A stretch of 64,000 nt of DNA from Blasia pusilla (GCA_050084515.1 CM114271.1:24924001-24988000); one strand, 5' to 3'; positions 1-13,830 are shown, numbered from the stretch's first letter. Translations and numbers: made by a program. Notes: a model not told the origin generated them from the sequence alone.

Positions 1-78
1 GAGGAACAAATAATCGATCCTATTTTGAAGAGCTTCGCTTTGTGATCGTTAAAACGATAGTCAATCTGAAATCTTCAC

Positions 79-3000
79 CTCAATAATTCCGTGTCCGAAA
101 CTCGCTTCCCTATACGCACTCCACTCGGGTTGAGAGCTCCAGCAAAAACGTCCTGCTGCAGGACCCGAGTCGAAATTGAATCCACAGTATCCTCCCAGAG
201 AATCTGGCGTACTTGCAGGTTCAGGACACCGGGATGGTTTATCGTCGGCATGCGTCAATGCCATCTTTTCATGATTCCCACCATCGCCAACTGTGATATG
301 CACTGGGCCACAATTGTCTAGTGTGTAGTTGAATACCCGGTTCATTCGTTCATAGGCATGAATCTGCTCAGTTCGGCAAGCACACATCAATATAAGTTCG
401 TGTAAGAAGGATGAGCTTCAATTGCAAAGTCCAACTTATGCGCTGACTCTAATCATCATGTTTCCAATGCCAGGATCTCACGCCCTTACAGATGGAGAAC
501 TTGACTGAGAAATCTACAAGCAGGAAGGGTGTTTACACGGATTTACGTTTGTTGAGCAGACAACCAGTTTATGCAGACAACTCTCTCGTGTAGGAAGAAG
601 AGCTTCTTCTATCCTAAACTAGAATATGAATCAGACAGAGAAAGATTGGGGAAGTCCAGAACTGTACATGTCCAGTCAAGACCAAGTCCACTCCATTTTT
701 GTATAAAAGTTCCTCCATGGATATGCGCATGCACTCCACCTCCCGATAATGTGCAGTGTAACTGTTATACCATGGTGGATGCCATGTAGCTACAAGCCAA
801 GGTGTGACGCTCCGATCCACTTTCGCCAAGTCCTGTTCAATCCACTTCCACTGCTCGCCTGCCATCGCATCCACCATCGAGGTCAGTCAGTGTCAGCCGG
901 TAGCTCATGTCCATGAAAGACCGGCAAACAAACATCTTCGTCGCTCGCGTGCAAACATAAAACGAAAGAAGCGTCATCCCAGGGTAAGCAACCTCGAAAT
1001 GCAGACTTCACAGGTTAAGCGCTTACTCGTTTTGTTGTAGTCTATGTACGCTCCGAGCATCAGAAAGTGAATGCCACCCGCATTGAATGAATAGTAGAAA
1101 CTATTGGGCGATCCACTTTCTCTGAAAGGAACAGCGAATCGTGCTTGGTATGAGACGAACGTTTTACTGTTGATCTGAATCTCACGCTCATGATTTCCTT
1201 CAATTACCATAAAAGGTACTCTTGACGTTAATGGCTCCATGAATCTGCCACCGTGAAGGTCAACTTGTCAAACGAAAAGCACAGGAGAAAATTCTGCTCA
1301 CACACATAGGAAGATGGACCACTGACATTCCCCAATTCCAAGATTGTAATAGGGTGAACGGTCAACTGCAAAGACTACGGATCAATACAACTGGTCGCTT
1401 TTCACGTCGTCAACGAAGACCAGAACCACAGTATGCAACTGCTACCGCCTAATCTTAAGCAGTACTCGTTGTTCTTGAGCTCGGGCTATTGGCGGACCGC
1501 CACAGTCACCTTCTGCCTCAAGAAAACTGCTTTCAATTTCAACGATGCCTAAATTCTCGATCAAGAAACTCCTCATACCCAAACCTAATCACGAAAGACA
1601 AGCCACAAAGGGTCCAAAAGTAACTAGCGATGTAAGTACATCGCTAAAGCTCGACGATTCAGTGGACATTGGATAGTGGACCCACCTGCCCCATAGATCC
1701 CATCTCGGTTGATAAGTCTCGTGGATAGGGGTATCAGGAAATGCTTTACTGTAAGACGATGCTCCAGTGCCATTGGTAACGTAGAGGTCGGCATACACAA
1801 AATCGCCCACCATTAGAACTACATCAGGTTTGTTCTGCCGCAAATGGTCAATTGTGGAGGTCGAATTGTAAGTCAGCCCCAAGTCTCCGATGACGGCAAT
1901 GCGGGCAGGGAAATTGGTGGCTCCTGGAGTTGGCAAAGTTGTGAACGAATACTCGTTGCTCATCGCTGAAATTGCGGGATCTCCCACCCTGTAGAAGTAC
2001 TGGGTACTCGGCTTCAAGCCTACCAAAGATGCAGACACAGTTGTCAAAATCAGCTCACACATCCACTGCCGCAACAACGCAAAGGAAAAACGTCTTAACA
2101 CGACTACTACTCACCTCATCAGCAATCCCAGCATTCTTTACACCACAGTCAAGATTCAAAGCTTCATTCTCTCCGTCTATCCAATGAACACAGCAGTTCC
2201 GGAGGATGGAATTCTAACTGTTATCTTTAAACTATGCAGTAGTCTACCTGACGAGAGAACAGCATGCGACTCCACAAAAAAACAAAAAACAAAGAAACAT
2301 TCCTTCGCTTTACAATTCACTCATGGCGAGGTAAGTAGACAGGGAGTTACGACTCAATTGGGCCATCAAATCTTCTTCTATCAAATCAATGACTACACGC
2401 GTTGGTCATATCGATAGACGAGCAATCCAACGCAGGAAGGAAAGATAATATTAGCTGGGTGCTGCTTGGGAAGCAGGGACAGATGCGTTGGGTGTGCTCC
2501 ATGTTATCAAGAGCTTCTTACTTCTAGGTAAAAGGCTGGTGGGTACTACGGGTCCTAAGACTAGACTCGACAAAGTGAGGACGATTCCGGAGATAAAAAC
2601 CAAAATCTACACGAAACGGATTGGAAAAAATCGGCATAGATTGGGTATGGTATCAAAAGTGAGGAGCTTCGAATCGTCATGAATGATGGAATTGACGAGT
2701 TGTGTACCCTTAATCCGAGCGTGGTGGATGATGCCAGATGTGTAGTTCAGTAGACCCTCAAAGGGATACAGCTGACTGTAGACTTCCGCAGTTCCATACA
2801 CAACATCCGTATACTTCCTGCTCTCGGTTCCGTACACGACCACGCTCGCCACCGTGCTGGGGTCCAAAGGCTCCACATTCTCCCCCATTTGTGCAGCTCC
2901 TGTGTCAACCCACAAGGCATGAGCGCCGTCTTCGACCACCAAGTGAAGAAACTCCTCATCACAGAGCGGACCTCCCCCTCCCATGGCTGTTCTTATCTAA

Positions 3001-3430
3001 ACCCTCAAACCACATAAAAGCTGAGGCAAACCCCGTCAAATCTCTCCCTCTCTGCCCCTAATCTCCCCCTCTCTGCTCTGAAGTGCCCCTAAAGTCACTC
3101 ACATACTCACGTACGAACAAACAATTTGGCATTACGTAGTGCGCTCTCACCGGTGATCCACGATACCCACATAGCATCCGGAGTGGAGAGAGCGATGAAA
3201 ATCTGCTCAGGTTGCATGCCAGTCGCGGTTCGCACGACACGAGGATCGGAGGCATTGAGATCTTGGCTGCCCAAACTCAAGGAGTCGTTGAATGGTATAG
3301 TCCGTGGCGTGAACGGACCTTCGAGTGTGGAAGGGATCTTTCCTGCATTACTCTGCTGCACCCCACAAAGCATCAGAATTGCCAGCAACAACAACGTGAG
3401 CCTCTTGCCTCTCGCTCTGCGCTCTCCCAT
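79..3430 (-). CDS. PAP: Purple acid phosphatase, PAP15/phytase-like, secreted; 3' end lies beyond the window start. Exons about 3430-3151, 2899-2708, 2019-1686, 1244-1027, 858-668, 363-79
   Basis: Signal-peptide-like N-terminus followed by IPSTLEGPFTP. Metal-ligand motifs GDLG, GDFVYAD, GNHE, VATWH and GH|IHAYER. GT-AG boundaries that keep the frame were found for all six exons. Confidence 0.95.
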
Positions 3431-6400
3431 TTGAGCAGTGCATTCTCTGATCCCGCAGAGAATACTAACACAGATTTCTAGTACCTCCGGACGCTCGCGA
3501 CCGTCGCCTCCATTTCACTCTGGAAAAGAAGGGAGCTTTATACGCCCGTGAGGAATGACACGAAAGAGTTTCAGTTTCAAGAAATAAACGGCGAGCCTCC
3601 TGCGATTCTAAACCTCGCATGCTGAATTCCCAGCTGACACGAACGAAAAACCACCATACCGCTTCCTATCTTCGGCTCCCAAAAATAGGACGGTCTCTAC
3701 CTGCGGCTCTTCTTCACCATTCGCCTTTCCACTGCGGATGATTTGCTCCACTCCGCAGCCCAACAGAATCAAACACATAAGCATCCCCGCAATATTCACG
3801 AAGTGCCCAGCTTTCGTTCGGGCAAACCCCCCAATCTCCCCATAATCACCTTCTCCGTCCTCCTCAATTCTCCGATAACTCGCCATTTTTCGCTCGCTCT
3901 CCCAATCAATCGCCTTCTTAATCCGCGCAAACCCTCCGCACCTTCAGATGTACTCAACCCCCACGACTCCTCCCTCCGGATCTCTCCCCGTCGCCGATCC
4001 TCGACATCAGCAGTTCTGCAGTGCAACGTCCACAGCCTTGCCCAATTCCCCAACTCGTTCGCGGCCTCGGCTCCTGAAACGAGCGGATCCTCTAAAGGTC
4101 GCCACTGCGTGGCAGCGCCTGTTCTATATAGCACGAATTCACCCAGTTTCTGCGGCGGAATCCTGTCGGCTTCTATTAGCGTGCATATTCTATTGTCCGG
4201 GGATATCCCCTCAACAGGTCTTGTCACGGGATTTCCGACTATCACTTCTCCAGGACGCCTGCCCCACACGTGTCTGCTCCAGAGGGAATCCTGACGTGGA
4301 AGACTCGCACTCCTGGGAGGCCACCGTCGTCGTCTTCCAAATCGGCAGTTTGTAAGATTCGCCGACGCGTCGTGTGACTCCGACGGCGCTCCTCCACTGG
4401 TGCGAGTCTGCGAGATGCGGCAACGGTTATGTTTGTCCCTTGCTCTACTAGTTTGGCGAGACGTCTGTCACAGAGCAAAGTGCTAAATCCGTGGGCTGAT
4501 ATACCCGGCGTCCCACATCCGTCCACAAACGGGTGCCGATTTCGGTCCCGGGATGCTCATCCTGCGCAGGAGAAAACGACGCGTGTTTTCTAGACGACAT
4601 CACGGCGTGTCTGTTATAGGGGTCCGACTTGTGAGTCGGGATTCAGATGGACAGAATATGCGGTTTTTTTTTATACGCATTTTATGCCATTCATTTTAAG
4701 ATATAATTTAACAAATATGGAGTTATTGAAATATGTCATGAAACAAGTATGCGGCTTAAGTAATGTGATTAATATTGTGGAAAATACAAAATGGTTGTAA
4801 TTATAATGATAATGGTAATTGTAAAAGTACAAAACGGCAGGCAATTGGGGTGCAAGAATGTTTGAAAAAATTTTGGGTTTTAAAATTAAATATTATTGAG
4901 GGTGCAAAATTGTAATATGGATATATGATTAAAGTTGAAAACATGTTGGGCTTTTGCATAATGGCTGGTTGGGAGGTGTTTAAATTGGAGAAGAAATGTA
5001 AATGAAAATTTTGTGGGACTAGTGAAATGGATATACTGTAAAGAAAATGCAAAAAGTGACTTTCGACATTACGAATGGATTTAGAAGTGAAATATTGTGG
5101 TTTGAGATTGAGGCTTGTGGAGAATATATGTAAACTATAAAATTTGGAATCGGAAAGTCCAGAATTGTCATTGCAAATAAGTGTAATTAGCACTCAGAAA
5201 GAAAATATGAAGAATGCAAATGACAGGATTTTGTCACTGTTTGAAGGAAAGAACGAAATGAAGAACATAGCTAAGAATACTCAGAAATGAAATTTTCTGT
5301 AAGGTCCTAGGCAGATTTTGAAATTGTTTTGTTTCAACAACATAAAAGAGATAGAAAGCATAAATGATTTGCTCATTTTGAAGTTATTGAAAATGAGCAG
5401 CATGTTAGAACATGCAACTTGATTGAGATAGGCTGGAAATTGATCCTAAAAGACACAATTATACAGTAATACCATGTGCCAAAATTTCTTATGAAAAATG
5501 GACTGAGTTTATGCATATGTCACACAGCTCGGAAGAGTACTCAGTAAAGCAAAGATGCTTGAAGGTTAGAATTGAAGAACTCTAACCTCTATAGTCACGT
5601 AACATTGATTGTAGTACAAGCAAGTGCAATGAAAGTTTGGGACTGGATTCAAATAGTGGGGCAACATCTTTTGCAAAATCAGAAAGTTTTGCCCTGCAAT
5701 CTTTAAGTTGTGTTTTAAGTGCCCCTATCTCAGCAACATTCTGCTGATTATCTTATATTGCATCTTGCAGCAAAGTCTTGAGAACGCCAACTTGAGTTGA
5801 TAAGCTTGAGATGTGGTCTTGAGCAGCATGTAGATCAGGATCAAAGTTTTGGTAGGCATCTAGTAGGTGTGGTGATGACACTTGCTGCTGGTGGTGGAGT
5901 CTTGTATCCAGGTCAACGTTGTGACACAATGCTTGATGAGATGCATTTGGTCTAGCTTGATGAAATGGACCACATTGTGAGGGTCTGCGTGTTCGTAAGT
6001 ATGACCTCTCAAATAACATGAACAAAAAAATATATTAATTCTAAAGGAGGGTAGGAGCAGCATGTTAGAATAGGCAACTTGATTGAGATAGGCTAAAATC
6101 AATTGAATGGAATGTAGAAGAGAAGAAATAAATCTCATATGCAAAGGTTCCAAAAATGGAGTTGAAACATCACTGCAAGTAGACTACATGCATACAGTTA
6201 GAAGAGATATAATATGAATCATAGAAACACAATGAATTAGCATTTGGCAAACTCAACCTATAGGAGCACTCATCTTTTTGAGCCATAGGCTCAATCAAAA
6301 TTAATTTTAAATTATACTTGAAAATTTTGAGAGGTAATGATCATTTCGAGAAGTACACAAGTGTTTTATAAAAATATAGATGTGTCAACCATGCTAGCAT

Positions 6401-7807
6401 GGTTTCACACATTCTTGTAAGTTTCAATCATTTTATAATTGTATAGCTTTTGGTTAAAGATCCCTTCATATTACAATGGATCTCTTTAATCATGTGATAT
6501 TATTAAAACAAGGATGTTTCTCTCTATATTAGCTTTTCTATTATTTTTCTTCCCCGAGTTAAATAATAGGATTCTTGACTATGTTTTTTTATGAGAAATT
6601 TTGATTGCTTAACACATTACAATTACTAACGCTTATATTCTATGTTTGGTTTGACTTTTTCAATGTCGTCAAGCAGTAACGATATTGTCAAACAAGAATT
6701 ATGACCCTTTGTAATTGCATTCCACATAAATGATTAAAAATTATATGCTTGTACTTTTCTCTAAACTTACATATAACTATTTTATCCATGAATTGATCTT
6801 ACCTCCCTTATACTTGTTTGTCTCATCGTTTCTACTATTCACTTGGGGAGGGGTTGGATACTATACAAAAAAGTTCTTTGAAAAAGAAGTGAAGTTTTTT
6901 TCAAAGAGGAAATATGAGATATCATCTTATCCCAAATGGAAAGAAATCAGTATGAGTCATTTAGTTACATATAGCTATCCGTGAATGAAAATTTTAATGA
7001 TTCATCTTTATCATAATTGAACTAAAGAGATAATTTTAATAATATTCTAAAAGATAAGAAGCCTGATGATAAAATCATGAGGAATCTAATGCTTTCCCAA
7101 GATTTTTTCTAGTTGGAGTATCTTAACCATGAATTTTATATGAGATTCAATTTTTTTTACAAAAAGATATACATTAATAAAAACATATATTTATTATTTG
7201 AATTATAAATTAAGGATTAGAGAATGCTATTTTGATGCCAAAGGCAAGGTGTTATGGGACAAAATCTGTCTTACTTATCTTTATTTGTGAAACCATGACC
7301 ATAAGTCTCTAGTTTCAAAATCTAAAATTATTTCTCAACAGGAACAGTCTATATATACCTCCTACATTATATACAACGTTTTGGGGTCGGAAAATCCTAA
7401 CTTATTGTAGGAAAGAAAATATAATGCAAATGAAGCACAACTGAAGAAATTATCCAACTGAAATGTTGATGCGCAGTTGAAGTATTAAAATACAAATGCC
7501 TTTTCCTATTCCTGTTCCAACATGTAAGCATTACAGGAAGAAATGGCACCATATGTTGGCCATAGATGCACTTGAAGGTAATAATATAGAGAAGATTAAA
7601 TTGAAAAAAAATCTGCTAACATCTAATGGTAATTTTGAGTTAGAGAGCTGATCTTGATCGGCAAGCTAGAAAGACCTACAGAAAAAGGCGTATAGAAAGT
7701 GAGTTTAAGTGAATGATGAAATCTTTCCACAATGTAAAGATATATAAACTTAAAGGCAGAGCTTCAATGGAGCAATTGGAAGAATAAATACCTAGACATG
7801 AAGGAGC

Positions 7808-9170
7808 TTAAGAACATTTGCGCTTATTTGGTGATGCAAGAGTAGGAGCGGGTGTGTAATTGTCACTTGACGGAGTGGGAAAGGGTTCATTCTTAAGAGG
7901 ACTTCCAAACACGTTTGGAGTCTCAGATGGTGTGTTGTTGCTACTTCCATGTGTTGAAGATATAGTGATAATATCATCAAATTCAAGAAACAACAGAAAA
8001 TTGTGGGAATTATCTAGATCTATTGGAAGAGGCACAAACTCAGGCAATTGGCCATCATCATGTGCGGTCTTCATGCGCTCAAGCAAGTGGCTTGCTTTCA
8101 CTGAGGTAAGGTCCAAGACCATGCCAATAGGCAAATGAAACTCATACCTAAGCATACGTAGTTGGTCTAGGCGTATTATGCCATATACAAGGGTATTGAT
8201 AGTCAAGACGAGTCATACTTGTATCACTCGCCTAGTAATATTGAGTCATAAACAACGACTCATATGTTTAAATGATTTCATGCTCCTGTGTTATCGTATT
8301 TTTTTTATTGTTGTTGGGATATAATTTCTTACCCTAAGTTTCAAAATCATTTTTTTCTCTATGTTCGTGGGATTGGAGTGCCCCTTTGGCAAACGTTTCC
8401 TGATTTTTGGACCCCTAGTTGAGGGGGAGGGTAGAAAAAGAGGGATCAAGAAGGAAGAGGAGGGATTTGAGAATAATTTTTCCAAGTCTTCATGCCATAT
8501 TCATGTAAATATGGAAGGTATCTTTGTTTCCAACCATTGGATGGTGTTGAAAAGGAGGTGTCATGAAGGAAGAGAAGGGCTTCAAGTAAGATTCTTTCGA
8601 GTCTTTGTGGCATTTTCATGTCAACATGGAGCTATCTTTACTTCCAACCATTGGATGGTGATGAATATTGGCACAAGCCTTTTCATTGAATCTCTCCAAA
8701 ATTTCAACGGTTTAGATTTTCCATTTAGTCCCCCATGCTCATACCAAAACTCAAAGACCTTGTTTAGGGTTTACGATTTTTAATTCCGTCTGTGAGTTAT
8801 CATTTGAAGTTTTTTCTTAAGGTTATCTAGGTACTTCATCTGGTTCTCCGTGGGACTTATATATCTGGGTCTGATGTCTTCTTAAACTATATTTATGTCG
8901 TTCAAGATCATATTTGCAAAGTCTAAATAATTCACAAGGACCTGATGAAAGAATGTTAGCTCAGATATGCGGGAGCTTGAGGATAGCAAGAAAGGAATGA
9001 TGATAGAAATAACAAACCTCTGGTGGTGACTCGCTGTGCTGATTCACTGATGTGGAGTGAAGTGTGTTGTTGACATTGCTTGGATTCTCGTCTTGCTGAT
9101 TGGCTGTAGGGTGAGTCTGGTTGGATGATTTGCTTGAGTTTGTCCTTGAAGAATTCCCGCGTGAAGCCAT
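7808..9170 (-). pseudogene. Helitron-1 downstream accessory gene of unknown function, probably spliced and degraded
   Basis: ATG about 60 bp after the helicase stop. Peptides YLDFANMILND and GIIRLDQLRMLRYEFHLPIGMVLDLTSVKASHLLERMKTA match the equivalent region of Helitron-2 (61463-62510). Confidence 0.6.
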
Positions 9171-9229
9171 TATAACTTTTGTAGAAAGAGATAAGCGTAT
9201 AGTGAGTATTGTCACAGAGTATCAAATAC

Positions 9230-9932
9230 TTAAAAATCATTAGGTACCAAAGTGCCAAAAATTCTCAGTTGGTTTCTACTCTTAACACGGGATAACATGA
9301 CATATGCAAGTCCTAGTGCAAAAATAGACCTAACAACCAGAAGGAAACGTCCAAAAATCGTGGAACCCTGACTTTTACGAGCTGTCATGGCATACCTAAG
9401 TGTAAGAGGAAAAAAAATTTTAACATGTTTGCGGTCCAACTCATACGTTAATGCTGCAAACTTTGTTCTAGATATAGTAACAAACTTACCGCCGGAGAGA
9501 ATCATAACTTTAATCTGTACTACCTCATTATCTTTATATATAAGTTTAACAACTTTTGCTAAAGATCCATTAGCAACCTGTATTCTCAAGTTGATGTTGG
9601 CTGTTAGCATCACTTTGTAGTGAAGGGCTACAAAAGGCAATTGGTGAAATGTCTCATCTTATATCCAAGAAATAAACTTAGGTGTTGTAGGAGCATCTGA
9701 CATAACATTTACTTCTACAACGGATGCATCACCAAAGAGCATTCTAAGTGCTAACACATTGAAAATTTGACACATCTTCACAATGAGTGCAAACTATTAG
9801 TGTCTCAGAGTTAATAAAGTCAATGGCAGCATCTTCAGAGACAAAAGAAGAAGATAGATATTCATTTATCTTATCTTGAGTGGGAATAGAAAGCCTAATT
9901 GAGTTAAAAAAGGAGAGATATGGCGGATCTGC
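9230..9932 (-). pseudogene. Helitron-1 PIF1-like helicase, C-terminal part (split from the rest by retroelement copy A)
   Basis: VANGSLAKV, YAMTARKSQGST and AYVMLSRV motifs. Removing the insertion and one TSD rejoins LTTPMTHA to ADPPYL. Confidence 0.9.
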
Positions 9933-9936
9933 AACA

Positions 9937-10304
9937 TGTCATGACAATACGGATTAGGTCGTAGAGTATAGTGTGCTAGTAGAGACCATACCTTATGTAG
10001 GGCCGCAATGTCTAGGTAGAGATGCGATTTCATACATAGGGTTGGGGGTTACTCAGTTGAGGGTGACTTTTCCAGTAGGGCCCGCTCTTAGGTTGGAGGA
10101 TATAAGGTGGAGTGTCTTCAAAGAACACTTAGTTCTTTGAGTTGAGCCTGTTGCATTGGGAGTTAGCCTTGGTAGTGAGTAGAGCTCTTGGCTATGGTGT
10201 TTCCCGCAAGCTTCGACCTAGATTCTCCCATCGTGGAGTGGGTTTGGCTCGATTGTATGTGATTCTATACGTGTTTTATGACAGTAGGTATTTCACGGAT
10301 TTCA
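9937..10304 (+). repeat. Terminal repeat A1 (368 bp, TG...CA) of copy A, containing the TATA box
   Basis: Direct repeat of 17900-18267 with the same length; TATAA at 10101. Confidence 0.95.
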
Positions 10305-10315
10305 CTCAAAGAACT
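10305..10315 (+). promoter_or_regulatory. Putative self-priming primer-binding site CTCAAAGAACT
   Basis: Abuts the CA end of A1. It is the exact reverse complement of AGTTCTTTGAG at 10131-10141, 30 nt downstream of the TATA box. No TGG tRNA-type PBS is present. Confidence 0.75.
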
Positions 10316-11604
10316 AACGTAGATCGATGGTAGCTTCGATTGTGGATCAGTAGGATCTGGTTAGGGCTGATTGTGTACTCAGTCGTGGATGTTCGTGGCT
10401 TGTGGCCTATGTTGGAGGTGTGAATCTGGTGCGTGGTTGGTTGGGAAAGAAGCGCCTTGCTGAGAGCTTTCCAACGCGCTTTAGATTCCAATTGAATTCT
10501 GGTCGAAATAGATTCAATTTTGGTCAAGGATTTGTGAAGTAATTGCTGATCGAAATTTCGCGTACTAGCTCAAGGTCTGGCAATGGTGGAGAGCGGATCA
10601 GAGGGGCTCGTTGGTTGGTGACTCGTTCATTGTTGGAGACGCCTATCCCGTTGGGGGCGCCCTGGTTGGAGAGACGTTGAGGCTTCGAGGCAACTCGTGG
10701 TAGCTCGGGGCGAGTGGGCGTGAGAGGCGGAGCAAGGAGCAAGCAAGCAAGCTTGCTTGCTTGGGCGTGAGGCAATTTTTGCAGGATTTGTGATTTGAGT
10801 GTTGCATAACTGGTCACCCATCTTTGGGTTATTCTGCCTGGAAGACGCTTAACTGCTGAGTTCTTAACTATGCCAGTGTACACACTGGCATAGCTCATTT
10901 GGTGTTGTTTGGAGATGTGTTAGGCGCTTTATGCATCTCAGGTTTTTGGTTGATGTACCTCTAGCGCATAGTACGGTGTAGCCTCTCCATGCAGGTGATA
11001 TTTTCAGGTGCTGCGAGTCCGACTAGCACGTCATCGACCCGCCGCGGAGTAGCTATTGCGTTAGAATTGTGTGGTGGGTTCTGTGGATTCAGGGGGCGCC
11101 ACGTTTGGTGGATTGTGTTACCTTGATTTCCATTTGCGATTGGAGGGTTGTCGTTGGACTTCGTGTGTTTGGATCCCCTCCATCGTTGCTTCTTGCTTGT
11201 GCGCCCATTGTTAGGGTTGACGCTGATTTCCAGAGTAGTGTTACTCCTGTGTGCTACCGGTAGTGAGGTGGAGTGATGACCGATGAGACCGTGGGAGGCT
11301 TCTTGTGGTGATGACAAAGGTTAGGTTGCCTACACCCATAGCTAGTAGAGCTAGAATAGTATAGCGACATCGACGTCACTTGGTTACTTAGTGGTGGTAA
11401 TTTGGTGGTGGCGCGGCATTGGCGTTGGTCATCACGGAGCTGTCGGGTGGTCTGGTTGGGGACCGTGGTGGTTTCACATGGAGTGGATTTAGGTATCGGC
11501 TACCTTCTCCACTTCCGACGGTTGATGAAGAGGAGGACGAGGGTGTTCCAAACACCGAGTCTTCTACGTTGTTATCGAGTGTTGCAGCTCCATTGATTTG
11601 GGAC

Positions 11605-13830
11605 ATGGACGGGATATATGGGGCCATGAAGGGCCCACGACGATACTCGGGTGCAGTGGGCACCATTGAGTTGGAGGACTTCATGCAGGAGTTTGATACG
11701 TGGTGTGATATGCAGATGTTGCGGAACGCCACGTTGTTTACACCCTTCTTGGCTTGAAAGGGGTTGTTTCAGCACTTGGAGGGACCACCCATGGATGATT
11801 ACCATGAGTTTAGGAAGGACCATGTTGCTGAGATTGAGGCATGGAGACAATATTGGTCTCTAGGCTATATGTCTATCACCCATGGTGGTATTGGTAGTAG
11901 TGCTCCTACTATGCCAGCCAGCCCAACGTTGAGTGGTACGAGTACGAGCGGGAGTGGGGGTACTAGTGGAGGTACCCATGGAGGTACCAGTGGGGGTACT
12001 AGTGGAGGTACTAGTTCCCCACCATCGTTTAGCCTGGTTGCAGAGTTCTTCAAGAGGTTGAAGAAGAACTATCAGGGAGTGAAGACAGAGAAGTTGATGA
12101 GTCTTCAAGAATTTGAGCGAAAGACTGGTGAGAGTCTTCGTGAGGCATACACTCGTATGCGACGCTTGATTTCGATTACCTAGGGTATGGCGAGGCTCGA
12201 GCGATCCGATTTTGGTATGGGATCTTGGACGAGAGAGTTGCGCCGTAAGGGTGCGTGATGCTACTCTTATGAGTGATGATTCACCCACATTGACCCATGT
12301 GTTTGCTCTATCTGAGAAGATTGAGCTTAACATGCTGAAGGAGAGAGTGGTGACATCCGCATTCAGTAGGAATACAACTACTACTTCTCGTGTTCAGCAA
12401 CCCACCTCACAGTCTCGTAGTAGTAGTGGTGGTAGTAGTAGTGGGAGTCGTGGGGGATACACACGACCTCAGTCAGGTCCTAGAGGGACATTTGCGTAGA
12501 GACCATTGCCTTCATTTGCTGCCCCGCAGCAAGGACAGTCATGTTGGACATGTGGAGGTAATCATGTTAGGAAGTTTTGTCCCCAAGAGGGTGGGAGACG
12601 GACTTTGGAGGATGGACCTCAGTCGGCCCCAACTCAGTGTGATCATTGCGGGAGACCAGGTCATCCTCTAGAGCGTTGCTTTGATCTTCATCCAGAGTTG
12701 AGATCAGGCCGCGACCGTGGTGGAGTAGCTCTGAGAGGACGAGATGGTAGAGGTGGACCAGTGGTTGGAGAGCCTACATTGGCTACCCCTACCACTACGA
12801 CAGAGTCAGCTATGGCTTCCAGGATTGAGCAGTTGGCTACTATGGTTGGTATCCAACATAGATCACGTTTGGGAGCAGGGGCTTCCACCTCTTATGGAGG
12901 GGATGATCTCTCTTATATGGCGAGTGCATCACAGGTTGAGGCATCGGCTGCAGTTATGAGAGGAGCCACTCAAGCGTCAGAGCCACGTGGTGCTCTTGTG
13001 GAGTTGGACCCCAGAGGGGTGAGGTGGGGGCGGGCTAGGCTTCCCGGTCATTCTTGTTGTCTAAGGTGCTTAGGACTCCATCCATGGTTCCTCACGAGCC
13101 TATTGAGCCGCATGTGGGGACTAAGGCATCTACATCGCGTGTAGTAGACACGGATGCAAACATCGATCAAGATATTGCGGATGGCAACCGGTGTTGGGAT
13201 CCCCATTGTTTTGGTCCGAGGCGATGGCTTTAGGAGTTGACTTAGCTCCTGTATTTCAACTAGCAGCCACGTTGTGTGAACGTGGGGGTGTTACTACTAC
13301 ACGTGCTGAGGTGGATGAGGGTGTGCGGTGGAGCGACCCTCTATGTCAGGTGTAGCATTGAGTACCGGTGCTACTTGGCGGCGGCGGCGGCGAAGATGGA
13401 TGCATTACCCGGCCCGGCCAGCCATTGATCGTGAGAGGCTTACACCTGGTGTATGTATGTTGGACAACCAGAGTGGGATATTCCGATTGGTGAGTCCTAC
13501 AAGACAAGTGTATAGACGAGATAGAGTCTTGTTAGACTCTGGTGCCCAACCTTTGATGTTGGGAAAGGCAATATGTATTGGTTTGGGTATTTGGAGGTCA
13601 GAGCTTGAGCCTTGCCCATTCCAAATTCAGACATCACTTGGAGGTGCCAATGATAGGTCTCATTTCATGACACGGGGGAAGTTTTCTGTATAGTTGAGAC
13701 CAGATGATGCGATTGATAGCTCCAGGTTGGGAGTACCTGCAGTGGTCACATCGGCCAAGTCATATGATGTACTAGTTGGAGGAGCAATATTGTACCCGAT
13801 GGGTTTTTAGATGGACTACTGGATTGAGAC
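11605..13830 (+). pseudogene. Copy A gag (two CCHC zinc knuckles) and aspartic protease
   Basis: ELEDFMQEFDTWCD; CWTCGGNHVRKFC and CDHCGRPGHPLERC; VLLDSGAQ; several stops and frameshifts. Confidence 0.9.

Noticed and set aside
3743-4600. Several overlapping ORFs on both strands
   Set aside because: GC-rich sequence with no recognisable domain or consistent exon structure.
5395-6095. About 40-bp repeat (GAGCAGCATGTTAGAA...GATTGAGATAGGCT) at two positions, with short ORFs between
   Set aside because: Probably decayed TE or Helitron cargo; too little signal to assign.
10524-10898. Antisense ORF (MSY...LPGRI.QRWVT) recurring in the leader of all three copies (also 39035-39565 and 55688-56131)
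   Set aside because: Recurrence is explained by DNA identity between copies. Lengths and C-termini differ, and there are no recognisable motifs, including no tyrosine recombinase signature.
11935-12015. 12-bp repeats encoding GGTS in gag
   Set aside because: Low-complexity linker with variable copy number; not a CRISPR-like or regulatory array.
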